64,000 nucleotides of DNA from a virus (IMGVR_UViG_3300029305_003514:1-64000), one strand, 5' to 3'; numbered from the stretch's first letter, positions 21,720 through 31,811 are shown. The notes: generated from the letters alone by a model not told the origin. Program-made: numbers and translations.

Positions 21720-23657
21720 TTATAAATATCTTGATATCCATGTGTTAAGTTTAATAATAGTTTCAAATTGTGCATTAAGGTTACAGTATCTGTAGATAGT
21801 ATCAATGTCAGTACATATATTGAAACCTCTCAACATATCATTTTTAGATGCGATACATATATACGGAGGGTGATCTGCCTTATGTCTTTTCTCTGTTTGT
21901 TTAACAAATCCTTTTTCTATAAATTCATCTATTATAGGAACTATTGCATAATTCGCAATGGTATCATATTTACGGATCTCGTTAAGAAGTTTTATTTTTC
22001 CAAAGCTATTAACATTAGAAATATAATTTATAATAGTTCTTTTTATTCTATCTTCTTTTGACATTCTCATAATAGTTTGATCTTTAAAAATATTTCCCAA
22101 TTCTCCACGAAGTTGCACTTCAATAGACTGATCTTCATATACATATATTTTTTCAATTAAAGTTTCTAATTGCCTTTTACTTATTTTTGGCGAATTAATA
22201 ATTTCATCGAACAAACCTAATGCCGTTGTAAAGTTACGTTTTATATTACTTCTATTTTTATCCATATTTTCATATTCATTAATTTGGGCTTGTAGATTAT
22301 TAATTTTATTTAATTTTTCTTTTTGCATTTCATCATATGTTTGAGCAATCATTTCCGCCATTGCAGAATCAGCATCTGCACCTTTAATATCTCTAATTTT
22401 TTGTTGCATTATAATTTTTAACTCTTCTTGTGCAACTTTGATATTTTCTTTAATCATTTTTAGTTTTTTATCTTTACCATTACTTTGTTTCAATTGCTCG
22501 TACATTATACTATCTAATGACTCAATCATACTTTTCATTGCGCTTCTACATAATATTAGGTAGTCTTGTACAATTAAATCAAGTTCTTTTTTATTGATGC
22601 TATGCGCGGAGCAGGCAGACACTCCTCTTTCTCGATATACCCTACATGCATATGATGTGATTCCTTCGTTATTATAATGGGCGACGGTTAAGGAACTTTT
22701 ACAATCTCCACAAAATAATAATCCTCCATATAAATTATCATATTTTCTTGCACCTTTATATGCATTACTTTCTCTTCTTCTTTCATTTATAGATTGCACT
22801 AAATTAAATAATTCAAATGAAATTATTGGAGGATGTGCATTTTCGAATACCTCTTGTTCTTCTTCTGGAAGATGCTTTTGATCACCATGGATGCCGTTTC
22901 TAATTGTTTTTCTTAATCTTAATGTACCAATATAAAAATCATTTTGAATAATTCTTCTAATAGCATTTGTCTCCCATCCACTTGCTACTTTTATTTTGGA
23001 CATTATTCCTTTTTCTTTCTTACGGAGGTCAAGTAACATACTTGGTGTTGGTACTCCCATTTCATTAAGTATCTTTGCAGTTTTTTTATATCCACCACCA
23101 TCTGCATATATTTCAAATATTTTTTTGACCCACATAGCCGCTTCTTCATCTATGTAATATTTTGTTTTTACATATGGGTCTTTAATATAACCATAAGGAA
23201 CACTCATTATAAGATTGCCATTCTCTTGCATATTTTTCATAGCATTACGAACTTTTTTACTTCCGTCTTTTACATATCTTTCATTATACCAAGTTTTAAT
23301 TCCAACAATATCATCATCGTCTACTTCGCTATCATAATTATCATCAATCATGATAATTCTAACGCCATGTTTTCTAAGTCTTTCTAAAATAAGCAGAACT
23401 CCTGCATTATGTCTTCCAAGTCTGGATAAGTCTTTAATTAAAAGTACATCTACAAGATTTTCATCAACTAGATGTTGTATTTCATTAAAGCCTGGTCTAT
23501 CCATGGTATATCCAGTATACCCATCATCTTCATAGATTTCATCTACAACGAGACCGTGTTGTTTTGCATATTTGTTAATAATATCCTTTTGATTTTCAAT
23601 TGATACATATTTTTTTCTTAAATCGTCTTTTGATAGACGAGCGTATCCTAATACCAT
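21720..23657 (-). CDS. Large serine recombinase (integrase)
   Basis: YARLS catalytic Ser, DDGYTG, DLSRLGR, PYGY recombinase domain, CGDC zinc ribbon and coiled coil. Confidence 0.92.
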   Translation of the reverse strand: MVLGYARLSKDDLRKKYVSIENQKDIINKYAKQHGLVVDEIYEDDGYTGYTMDRPGFNEIQHLVDENLVDVLLIKDLSRLGRHNAGVLLILERLRKHGVRIIMIDDNYDSEVDDDDIVGIKTWYNERYVKDGSKKVRNAMKNMQENGNLIMSVPYGYIKDPYVKTKYYIDEEAAMWVKKIFEIYADGGGYKKTAKILNEMGVPTPSMLLDLRKKEKGIMSKIKVASGWETNAIRRIIQNDFYIGTLRLRKTIRNGIHGDQKHLPEEEQEVFENAHPPIISFELFNLVQSINERRRESNAYKGARKYDNLYGGLLFCGDCKSSLTVAHYNNEGITSYACRVYRERGVSACSAHSINKKELDLIVQDYLILCRSAMKSMIESLDSIMYEQLKQSNGKDKKLKMIKENIKVAQEELKIIMQQKIRDIKGADADSAMAEMIAQTYDEMQKEKLNKINNLQAQINEYENMDKNRSNIKRNFTTALGLFDEIINSPKISKRQLETLIEKIYVYEDQSIEVQLRGELGNIFKDQTIMRMSKEDRIKRTIINYISNVNSFGKIKLLNEIRKYDTIANYAIVPIIDEFIEKGFVKQTEKRHKADHPPYICIASKNDMLRGFNICTDIDTIYRYCNLNAQFETIIKLNTWISRYL

Positions 23658-23692
23658 TTATAATCACCTCTGGATTATTATACCACAACGTG

Positions 23693-23860
23693 TCACCTCA
23701 GTACAATGAAGTTTAATAAAATTTTTTTCATATCTTTATCGCCGCTCCTCAAAAATACCACCGTTTTATCTTTATTTTGTTTTTTTAATTCATACATTTC
23801 TTCTTTTGTAGTATCTTTATTTATTGGAATATATACTATTCCTTTATCTATATACTTCAT
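23693..23860 (-). CDS. Small hypothetical protein upstream of recombinase (55 aa)
   Basis: Strong SD AGGAGG before MKYIDKGIVYIPI... Confidence 0.6.
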   Translation of the reverse strand: MKYIDKGIVYIPINKDTTKEEMYELKKQNKDKTVVFLRSGDKDMKKILLNFIVLR

Positions 23861-23877
23861 AATACCTCCTATAAAAA

Positions 23878-23903
23878 TAAAAGGGTGGCAAACCGCCACC
23901 CTT
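23878..23903 (-). terminator. Intrinsic terminator ending the nucleotide-metabolism operon
   Basis: aagggtggc...gccaccctt, with a T tract on the minus strand. Confidence 0.7.
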
Positions 23904-23930
23904 GTACGCTTTACTTTAATTTTGTATTGT

Positions 23931-24629
23931 TTAACCCGAAATAGTATAAGTACAATTATCAGTACTTTCAATGGCGGTTGCATTACATTTTGTAGCATCA
24001 GCCCCTAAGCAATCAGCATAAGCAGAGGCAAGAGTCACCGAATCATCAAGTGTACAATCTCTAACACTAGAAGCCATATAATTCATAGTCGCATAAACTG
24101 CACTTGTGCCCTGCGCACTATAATCATAATTTACTGCATAATCTGCTTTAATTCCGATGTTCTGCGCTTCCTTAACAGCATCCATATTGGCACCGAGGAA
24201 CATAAACTTCCATCCATGGCCATTAGTCTGATGCTTAATCATCTTTTCAATATCGCTCTTCTTAAACTTATGGCTAGAATTTTCTTCACCATCAGTTGTA
24301 ATTACAAATAAAACACTATCAGGCTTTTCACTACCGAGTTCATCATGTCTATTCTGAACCTGATTAATGGTTTCTCCAATTGCATCTAGCATTGCGGTGC
24401 CGCCATACGCAGAATAATCGGAAGAGGTCATAGGCTTTATTTCATGAATATCAACACCATTATGCAGAGTTTTCCATGTAGTATCAAATAGAACGGTTGT
24501 TAGAGTTGCCTTGCCATCTAATGCCTTCTGACTTTCAATAAATCCATTGAAGCCGCCAATAGTATCTCCTGCTAAATGTGCCATTGAGCCAGACTTGTCA
24601 ATTACGAAAATGATTTCTGTATGATTCAT
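23931..24629 (-). CDS. von Willebrand factor A domain protein
   Basis: MIDAS motif IDKSGSM, GGTAMLDA, ITTDGEENSS. Confidence 0.85.
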   Translation of the reverse strand: MNHTEIIFVIDKSGSMAHLAGDTIGGFNGFIESQKALDGKATLTTVLFDTTWKTLHNGVDIHEIKPMTSSDYSAYGGTAMLDAIGETINQVQNRHDELGSEKPDSVLFVITTDGEENSSHKFKKSDIEKMIKHQTNGHGWKFMFLGANMDAVKEAQNIGIKADYAVNYDYSAQGTSAVYATMNYMASSVRDCTLDDSVTLASAYADCLGADATKCNATAIESTDNCTYTISG

Positions 24630-24641
24630 TTTTGTTCCTCC

Positions 24642-25091
24642 TTAATTTCCCGTGCTGCCAAATCCACCTTGACGAATGGTAGTGCTATCATCGTCATCTG
24701 TAACAAGATAATTAATAAACATGCCCTGTCCAATTCTATCTCCCATATGAATTTCATATGGAGTTTCTCCAAGATTAAATAAACGAAGTCCGATATTACC
24801 ATCATTATCAGGATTATTTGCATAATCTGCTTCTACCCATCCCTGAGTATTAGCAAGCATAATTGGCTGTTTACCCATAGAACTGCGGACATTAAGTAAG
24901 AGAGCTTCGTTGGTTTCAAAAATAGCTTTCACATCCGTCCAGATTATTGATGACTGATGCGGCTGAATTGTAATATCAACTGGAGAATAAAAATCATATG
25001 CAACGCTACTCTTTGTTGCACGAACAGGTAGTTTAATATCTACATTTGGAACTTTACGATATTCGTCTTTAACTACTTCAAAATATCTCAT
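24642..25091 (-). CDS. dut: Trimeric dUTPase
   Basis: RSSMG, GWVEADY, GDRIGQG and RQGGFGSTG motifs. Confidence 0.92.
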   Translation of the reverse strand: MRYFEVVKDEYRKVPNVDIKLPVRATKSSVAYDFYSPVDITIQPHQSSIIWTDVKAIFETNEALLLNVRSSMGKQPIMLANTQGWVEADYANNPDNDGNIGLRLFNLGETPYEIHMGDRIGQGMFINYLVTDDDDSTTIRQGGFGSTGN

Positions 25092-25387
25092 TAAAACCAC
25101 CAGCCTAATAGTTTATTCATAGTTGGAAAATAGTCATCATCAAATAGATATTTTCCATCAAGCTGGATACTACCATAATCTTTAATATATTTAGACATTA
25201 GCTCGTTCAGTTCATTCCACTTAACTTCAATTTCTGCCTTGCGAACCTTCTTTTCTTCTTCTAGCTTTGCGGCCTTTAGCTTCTTTTCTGCGATTTCTCT
25301 ATCCTTAAAACATCTTGCCTCGCAGTCCATTCTTTCCTTTAGGTCTTCATACTTTCTACCGCAAATACCACATACATAATCTTTCAT
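25091..25387 (-). CDS. Hypothetical protein, N-terminal CxxC, coiled coil
   Basis: Translationally coupled within the operon. Confidence 0.6.
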   Translation of the reverse strand: MKDYVCGICGRKYEDLKERMDCEARCFKDREIAEKKLKAAKLEEEKKVRKAEIEVKWNELNELMSKYIKDYGSIQLDGKYLFDDDYFPTMNKLLGWWF

Positions 25388-25389
25388 AA

Positions 25390-25578
25390 TTAATCCTCCT
25401 TGATTTTATAATAAAGTCCACAATGACATTCTCCTTCTTCTTGCTCTCTAAATTCTTTACAAATACATTTAGTATCAGGATTTTTAAAGAGTCTACATGG
25501 ACAATAGCCATCATTTTCTTTTAATTTTTCTTTAAATTCTTTTACAAATTCTTTATCTGGATTTAATTTAATTGCCAT
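25390..25578 (-). CDS. Ferredoxin:thioredoxin reductase catalytic-subunit-like protein
   Basis: GYCPCR...CICKEF...ECHCGLY (CPC/CxC/CHC motifs). Confidence 0.85.
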   Translation of the reverse strand: MAIKLNPDKEFVKEFKEKLKENDGYCPCRLFKNPDTKCICKEFREQEEGECHCGLYYKIKED

Positions 25579-26051
25579 TAACTAATCCTCCTAGCGTATT
25601 GATTTAGTGAAGCGAGATTAACTCCTAAAACTTCATCATAATGAGATTCTTGATTTGGAATAAATCTTCCAAATTTAACAATAATATTTCGATATGCACC
25701 AAGATAGAGAATCCGATTTTTAATCTCTTCTTCTTTATATCCTGTGTAAATAACAATATCGTCTAAAGTTTTAGTTCTTAATAAGCTTACTAAATCTTTT
25801 AGATCATGCCAGTCATCAAAAGGTTCTAATCCACCAATTACAATTGATTTTGTAATTGGATTTGCCATATAACGATTAATTAAATCCTGAATATTAATAT
25901 TTATATTAGGAGAGGTAGCGAGTGCGCTGTTTTGGCACACTCGCTTTCCACATTCTTTTTCACATTTCCATGTGCATGAAGGGAACCCTATAAACATTGA
26001 TGGTTTAGAATAATTAACAAAATCTTCATCTATTAATTGTTTGATAATCAT
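25578..26051 (-). CDS. nrdG: Anaerobic RNR activase (radical SAM)
   Basis: CTWKC...CQN, GGLEPF and IYTGY; adjacent to nrdD. Confidence 0.85.
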   Translation of the reverse strand: MIIKQLIDEDFVNYSKPSMFIGFPSCTWKCEKECGKRVCQNSALATSPNININIQDLINRYMANPITKSIVIGGLEPFDDWHDLKDLVSLLRTKTLDDIVIYTGYKEEEIKNRILYLGAYRNIIVKFGRFIPNQESHYDEVLGVNLASLNQYARRIS

Positions 26052-27973
26052 TCAAGATCACTCTTCCTATTTAAGTTCATCCAGTCTCGCATAGAAAATT
26101 CGGCCTTACGTTCTTTTGAATAAGTCTTTTCAGGAGTTAGGAATCCAACAATTCTCTGATAAGTCGTAACTTTTTCTTCGCCGCAGATAGGACACTTATT
26201 GCCATAAAAGCCATGATTGTTTTTACAAGCACTAATTCTAGTGCAGAACGCAAAATATACAACACCCGTATCTGCAATATGATTGAGTAGATCCCACGCT
26301 GTATCAAAATCAGTAAGAGGTGCATCAATATTAATATGAGCAATAGAACCACCGTTACATGCTTTATCAAGAATTGCGCTTAGCTTGATTTTTTCATTTA
26401 GAGTAGTCTTAACGCCAAGAGGAATCCACTGATTACCATAAAGAGGAAGTTCATATGTTTCATCTGGGTAGAAGAACATATCTTTTTGCATTAAAATAGA
26501 AGCGGCTCTTTCACCCGGGATCTGTTCAATATTTGCCTGGTAGTTCTTATCAGATGTAAACTTATTCTTTTCTTCATTAATAGTAGAAAGAATAGTTTTA
26601 GCAAAATTAACTCCGTCTTCTGTATAATAGGTATATCCAAATTCATCTTTATAGGTCATACCATATTTCTGTAAGGTTTCATAAATACCAATAATACCGA
26701 TGGTGTTATACTGAGAAGACATATTCATAATATTATAAGAATAATTAGGTAATAAACCTTTTTCAATATTTCTTGCAATAATACTTCTTACAGAATCAAG
26801 AGTCTTTAAACAAAGAATAACCTTGTCTTTTAACAGTTCTATATAATCTGCAGGAGTTTCACTTTCGTAAGCAATTCTAGCAAGATTAATTGTATTAACT
26901 TTAATACTGCCAACTTCTAAAGCAGATCCACCAATACTATTAAAATATCCTAGATTCTTTACATCAGAAACGAGTCTGCAACAATTGCTTAAGCTTGTGA
27001 TGTCATCACTAATAAAGAAGTTACTATCTGCCCATTTCATATTATGCCTACAAGCCCATTTAGCAAATTCTTCATCTACAAATTTTCCATTCTGTCTAAG
27101 CAAAGAATAAGAAAGAACAGGGAATGTCATCATATTCTGGCTACGCACATTACTAACAACATTCATAAATGCCTTTTCATATTCGATAATATTATCAATC
27201 TCATCAATAACAAATGAACCATCTGGATATTCCTTGCCTCCAAATAGAGATTCTAGATAAGGTCTATCAAAAATTGAGAAATTTGTAAATGCTGACTGAT
27301 TTACTCTTAGATAAGGCTGATTGAGTTTATAAATAATTCTTTGAAATTCTTGATCTCTATAATACTCAGGAGATTTAATACAATATCCATTTTCACAATC
27401 CTTCTTCCAGAAATAATAAGAATAAATCAAAAAAGAAGGAAGTCCACAAGCACCACTTGATCTGTTAGATGTCCAACTTACAAACTCCCCAACAAAATCA
27501 GTATAAGTTGTTAAATGCTGAGGAGGTTGTGCATTAAAATTCTCGATAAAATACAAACCCTTATTTACTAAATCTTCAATGTCATATGCAAAGCAATAAG
27601 GAACATAAGTAGAACTTGCGGCGTCATGTAGATAATAATGACCATCCCATTCATTCTTAAGCCAATCATTCGCAGTTTTAAATCCATACTTCTTATTAAT
27701 TTCATGATAAATCTTATTAAAAGCAAGAAGTTTAGAATGAGGCTTGCTCATTTCTGCGGTCAGAGAACATATGTCTTTTGTGCCAACATTAGCGTTGCCA
27801 TCAATAGAAGCGTCAGCGACTGTTTGTTTATCAACAAAGTTATCAATAAAATCAGTATAGCTTAGCTGTTCATCTGAAAATCCATTCAGCTTTGCCATTT
27901 CTGTGCCATATTCGTTAATAAGCTTATTATATTGAGTTGTAAAATTCTTATCTAATTTAATGCTAATATCCAT
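26048..27973 (-). CDS. nrdD: Class III anaerobic ribonucleoside-triphosphate reductase
   Basis: YLHD, PYC, SNCCRL finger loop, C-terminal Zn site (CPICG) and glycyl-radical motif RIVGFL. Confidence 0.93.
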   Translation of the reverse strand: MDISIKLDKNFTTQYNKLINEYGTEMAKLNGFSDEQLSYTDFIDNFVDKQTVADASIDGNANVGTKDICSLTAEMSKPHSKLLAFNKIYHEINKKYGFKTANDWLKNEWDGHYYLHDAASSTYVPYCFAYDIEDLVNKGLYFIENFNAQPPQHLTTYTDFVGEFVSWTSNRSSGACGLPSFLIYSYYFWKKDCENGYCIKSPEYYRDQEFQRIIYKLNQPYLRVNQSAFTNFSIFDRPYLESLFGGKEYPDGSFVIDEIDNIIEYEKAFMNVVSNVRSQNMMTFPVLSYSLLRQNGKFVDEEFAKWACRHNMKWADSNFFISDDITSLSNCCRLVSDVKNLGYFNSIGGSALEVGSIKVNTINLARIAYESETPADYIELLKDKVILCLKTLDSVRSIIARNIEKGLLPNYSYNIMNMSSQYNTIGIIGIYETLQKYGMTYKDEFGYTYYTEDGVNFAKTILSTINEEKNKFTSDKNYQANIEQIPGERAASILMQKDMFFYPDETYELPLYGNQWIPLGVKTTLNEKIKLSAILDKACNGGSIAHINIDAPLTDFDTAWDLLNHIADTGVVYFAFCTRISACKNNHGFYGNKCPICGEEKVTTYQRIVGFLTPEKTYSKERKAEFSMRDWMNLNRKSDLE

Positions 27974-27976
27974 AAA

Positions 27977-28177
27977 TTACTGCTCCTTAATCCAATTTGT
28001 TGCTTGAACAAAATCCATCATTTTACCATCGACTTCAAGATTAGGAACAGATAATAATCCTTTGCTAACCATTATATCGACATCGTTAACTTCTACATAA
28101 TTAATTCCAGCATTTTGTAGCTTCTTTTCTAGGACGTTACATTTTGGACAATGAGTGCTATATAAAATAACTTCCAT
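27977..28177 (-). CDS. Glutaredoxin/NrdH-like redoxin
   Basis: CPKC active site and SVPNL cis-Pro motif. Confidence 0.85.
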   Translation of the reverse strand: MEVILYSTHCPKCNVLEKKLQNAGINYVEVNDVDIMVSKGLLSVPNLEVDGKMMDFVQATNWIKEQ

Positions 28178-28182
28178 TTACA

Positions 28183-28884
28183 TCACTCCTTATTTAAAAT
28201 TTCTTCTAATTCTTTCTTTGTGGGATAGGCTCCACAACTATGTTTTAATTCAGGGCACCAAAGCATTGCCTGGCAATTCGGTACAAGCTTATCTTTTAGT
28301 TCAGGCAAAAGTTCAAGAGTAGCCTTTTTCATTTCAATAGCCAATTCTCGAATCTTATCTTCTGCTCTAACACAAAGTCTCATGTTCATAAAATGGATCA
28401 ATGCTTCAATAGTCATGCCGAAAACAAATGAACTATTTGTTGCCATTGGAAGAACATATCTTGCAGATTCATTAGCTCTTTCATGTGATTCAGTTTTCTC
28501 ATATACATAAGACTGAATTTCTCCATACAGACTCGCTGTATTTTCCATATGTGCAACATACTTCTTAACCAAAGAATCATTTGTTATAATTTCAGTGGGA
28601 ATAGAATATTCAAAGTTGTCTTCATTTACATAACGAAAACTACGAACGTTCTTCATAACACCCTGCTCATGTCTAACTGCCTGATCAACGGTAAATCTGG
28701 GGCAATCATCAATCTGGAATAAAATATATCTTGCACGAGAACCAGAAAAATGTCCGCTACGCATACATCCTTTTCCAATAAGTTCTGGCTTATCTGTTTC
28801 TGTAGCATAACAACACTTTGAAGCTTCGCCCCAGTAATAAAAGAGATTTTTAACCTCTTCGGGATTTAAAATAGATACCTTCAA
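28183..28884 (-). CDS. thyX: Flavin-dependent thymidylate synthase
   Basis: GHFS, QAVRH...SFRY, ARYVLP and MRLCVRAEDKIR. Confidence 0.88.
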   Translation of the reverse strand: MKVSILNPEEVKNLFYYWGEASKCCYATETDKPELIGKGCMRSGHFSGSRARYILFQIDDCPRFTVDQAVRHEQGVMKNVRSFRYVNEDNFEYSIPTEIITNDSLVKKYVAHMENTASLYGEIQSYVYEKTESHERANESARYVLPMATNSSFVFGMTIEALIHFMNMRLCVRAEDKIRELAIEMKKATLELLPELKDKLVPNCQAMLWCPELKHSCGAYPTKKELEEILNKE

Positions 28885-29450
28885 GTCGCCATCATCTCCT
28901 CATATATATTATTAATTTTATTTACAGCCGCACTAATCTCATTCCAATTAGAACAACGATAAATCGAATATGCCTCATCGTGAACATCACGATTCCATGG
29001 ACGGTCAAAACAAATGCGATCATAATGAAGTCCGTTGAGCAATGTTTCCATCTTATCTTCAATCATTACATCGCATTTAAACAGCCATTTGTGTTTCATG
29101 GATATAATATGACTTTCATCAATAAATGGAAAATAAGTCTGAACCCAATGAATCTTTCGTTCATATGTGCAAGGAATTGCATCTGTTACTATATAAACCT
29201 GATGACCCGCATTAACAAATTTCTGCAATACATTTTTAGAACCACCAATAGGAGTGAGGTGGTTATAAATATTTGCATCCGAATAGATTTCTATCATTTT
29301 TGTGGCATCATTAACATTTAGAATATCAGCAACGTCATACTCCTTGAAATCTTCAAGTTTATAATTTGTTCCATACTTCTTATTGTATGTTGATATCACA
29401 TGTTCTCTAAGATTGCACAAAACATCATCCATATCAATTAAAATAGTCAT
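28881..29450 (-). CDS. 5'(3')-deoxyribonucleotidase (HAD family)
   Basis: IDMDDVL, MIEDK and FDRPWN. Confidence 0.85.
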   Translation of the reverse strand: MTILIDMDDVLCNLREHVISTYNKKYGTNYKLEDFKEYDVADILNVNDATKMIEIYSDANIYNHLTPIGGSKNVLQKFVNAGHQVYIVTDAIPCTYERKIHWVQTYFPFIDESHIISMKHKWLFKCDVMIEDKMETLLNGLHYDRICFDRPWNRDVHDEAYSIYRCSNWNEISAAVNKINNIYEEMMAT

Positions 29451-29457
29451 AACTTCC

Positions 29458-29940
29458 TCACTTTCTTAATTTTCCGCCCTTGCTACTAATCTTTATTTGA
29501 CTAAATTCCTGCATTAATTCTTCAAAAGGTTTATTAGCTTGGCATGTTTTATCTGTAATAGTTAAATCATTGCGCTGACGAGGTATATATGTACGATTAT
29601 TCTGACGCTCATATAATTTGGTAGAATTACTTTGAACTTTTTGCATAGCTGCTTTAAAGTTTTGACCATTCTGTGTTTTAAAATAATCATACATTTCTTG
29701 TAGTAACTGGTTCTCATCTTTGGCACGGCGACGCTTTTGGCGCAATTCACGAATCTGCTTATACATTTGATATCCTTCTCGGGCATTCTTAGGAGAGGAT
29801 AATTCACATTCATGAAGTAAATCATTTAATTCTCCTTCTGTTCGAGTGATGATATCAACATTTAATTCATAAGTAGTTATAACCTGTTTATAGATCTGCA
29901 TAATAGTAGAGCAATGATCATTTACAATATTACTTTCCAT
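29458..29940 (-). CDS. Hypothetical coiled-coil phage protein
   Basis: DLLHECEL...RQKRRRAKDE; SD ggag. Confidence 0.6.
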   Translation of the reverse strand: MESNIVNDHCSTIMQIYKQVITTYELNVDIITRTEGELNDLLHECELSSPKNAREGYQMYKQIRELRQKRRRAKDENQLLQEMYDYFKTQNGQNFKAAMQKVQSNSTKLYERQNNRTYIPRQRNDLTITDKTCQANKPFEELMQEFSQIKISSKGGKLRK

Positions 29941-29950
29941 AACTTCTCCG

Positions 29951-30505
29951 TTAATTTTGTATTGTTTCAATCTCTATAATCTTTTTTAAGACCTCGAATG
30001 CTTTATCAGCATTAAGATTGCTTATAGAATAATCAAAACCTGCATGAGCTTTAAATTTAAGAAACTGTTCCATTTCGGAACCGATTCTTTTGGTTAGTAC
30101 TTCTGGCTTGTCTCCACGAATCATTGCCCTGTCAATGCGTACTTCAATTGGAACGTTGATATAAATTGTGCAAAAATCTATATCTGTAATATTGAGATCT
30201 TCAATACTGGCAATTCCAATTGGATCAATTATATATATATTGTTCTGATATAGCTGATCTACAGTTGACCAATAATGATAACCACTAATATTTGTATAAG
30301 CGGCAATATTATTATCGGCTTTCATTTTCTCGTATGTTGCATCATCTACAAATACATGAGTGTCGCCTTCACCCTTACGCTTAGGGCGAGTAGTATAGCT
30401 AATAATTTGATTTAGATTTAATTCTTCGCAAAGTTTATTTGCTAATGTTGTTTTCCCGCAAGACGTTTCACCAGCAATAAGAAAAAGTTTATGTTTCAAT
30501 TGCAT
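29951..30505 (-). CDS. gmk: Guanylate kinase-like protein (C-terminal part of fused ORF 29951..31288)
   Basis: GETSCGKTT P-loop and SYTTRPKR..EG motif; has its own SD (GGGGTG) and ATG at 30505. Confidence 0.85.
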   Translation of the reverse strand: MQLKHKLFLIAGETSCGKTTLANKLCEELNLNQIISYTTRPKRKGEGDTHVFVDDATYEKMKADNNIAAYTNISGYHYWSTVDQLYQNNIYIIDPIGIASIEDLNITDIDFCTIYINVPIEVRIDRAMIRGDKPEVLTKRIGSEMEQFLKFKAHAGFDYSISNLNADKAFEVLKKIIEIETIQN

Positions 30506-31288
30506 CACCCCTACTTTATATTCTTGGATATTATATTTTTTAAAAAGATGTTTTTGCGGTGCAAATTCTTTAAAATATTTAACTTCTGCATTTAATCTTG
30601 CTATAATCGCATCCGTTTTATTATAAAACGATCCAAGATTTATGTTTTTTCTATGAAACATAATTGTAGCTTTCCAACGTTGTGAGTGTTTATCCCAATA
30701 AACGCCAGTAACTCCAGATTTATTATCAATACGTTTAGAGGCGTTATGGGCATTTTGATATCTATCACATGGCCGTAAATTTTCTTTACGATTATTCATT
30801 GGATTTCTATCAATATGATCATGCCATTTTCCTAAAATAATTTGTGGTATAGTTATAACCTTACCGGTTAACGGATCTGTTGTTTGTAATTCATTATATG
30901 TATCTGTTCGTTTGTGTGAACGCCAAGCATATTCTTTTATTTTATCATAATCTTCTAAATCAAAATAAAATTCAATATCTGTATTTGTAGTCCATCCAAT
31001 TCCATATTCACCTGATAAATCATATTTATTATATTTTTTATTTGCAATCACTGAATTTTGTCTGGCTACACATCCACAATTACGAACTCCGTTAATTCTT
31101 GTCAGCCTATTACCTTCAAATATTTTTTCAGTATTGTTATCACATGAGCATTTACATAACCATTGATCTCTATATCTGCCATGTCCATTATGATCGTTAG
31201 GATAAAATTTATCTTCAACACGTTTAATAACAGTTAACATGCCAAAAGATTGTCCTGTTAAATCATTCTTTACTTTCGCAATTTGCAT
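30506..31288 (-). CDS. HNH-AP2 homing endonuclease, in frame with gmk and with no intervening stop
   Basis: DHIDRNPMNNRKENLR (HNH), NKSGVTGVYWDK...INLGSF...AIIARLNAE (AP2), and an N-terminal DLTGQSFGMLTV/WLCKCSC domain. Confidence 0.85.
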
Positions 31289-31550
31289 CGAGATCCCCTC
31301 CAAATTTAGGGATTTCTACTTTAACATCAATAGCCTTCTGACAGAAATCGCGCACATTTTTTACAATACGTTTCATGTCATTCATACTACGTTTTCCTGG
31401 CTGACGCATACTTTCATCAATAATATTAGCAATTACCATTGCCATGGATCTCCCGCCAAGTAGCATAGCCTGAGTACGAACTTTTTCTAGTACTTCATTT
31501 ACAGATTCTTTAAGCTTTTCTTCATCAATATTCTTAATATTTTCGTCCAT
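31263..31550 (-). CDS. Hypothetical protein
   Basis: ORF immediately downstream of a motif-bearing promoter. Confidence 0.55.
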   Translation of the reverse strand: MDENIKNIDEEKLKESVNEVLEKVRTQAMLLGGRSMAMVIANIIDESMRQPGKRSMNDMKRIVKNVRDFCQKAIDVKVEIPKFGGDLDANCESKE

Positions 31551-31622
31551 CACAATTACCCCTTTCAATAATTTTGTACTGTAATTGTATCATAAAATAT
31601 CTCATTTGTCAAGTGCTTAATA

Positions 31623-31811
31623 TTACTTACAAGGACAATCATTACAATTAATATTGTCATGCGTCTTACTCATAATATTACGCAACTCATCTACAATATT
31701 AAGATAACATCCTCTAGATGCCTGCCACTTATTATCTACATACAAATCGTAAATATTATCTCCACGAAGCTTAATGGTAAAATTATGCATAGTCTTATTA
31801 TTCATAATCAT
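31623..31811 (-). CDS. Hypothetical protein
   Basis: Coupled to the ligase stop codon. Confidence 0.5.
   Translation of the reverse strand: MIMNNKTMHNFTIKLRGDNIYDLYVDNKWQASRGCYLNIVDELRNIMSKTHDNINCNDCPCK

Noticed and set aside
21558-21720. attP site between tubZ and the recombinase
   Set aside because: Only terminator-like hairpins and AT-rich sequence are visible, and an att site cannot be supported without the host junction.
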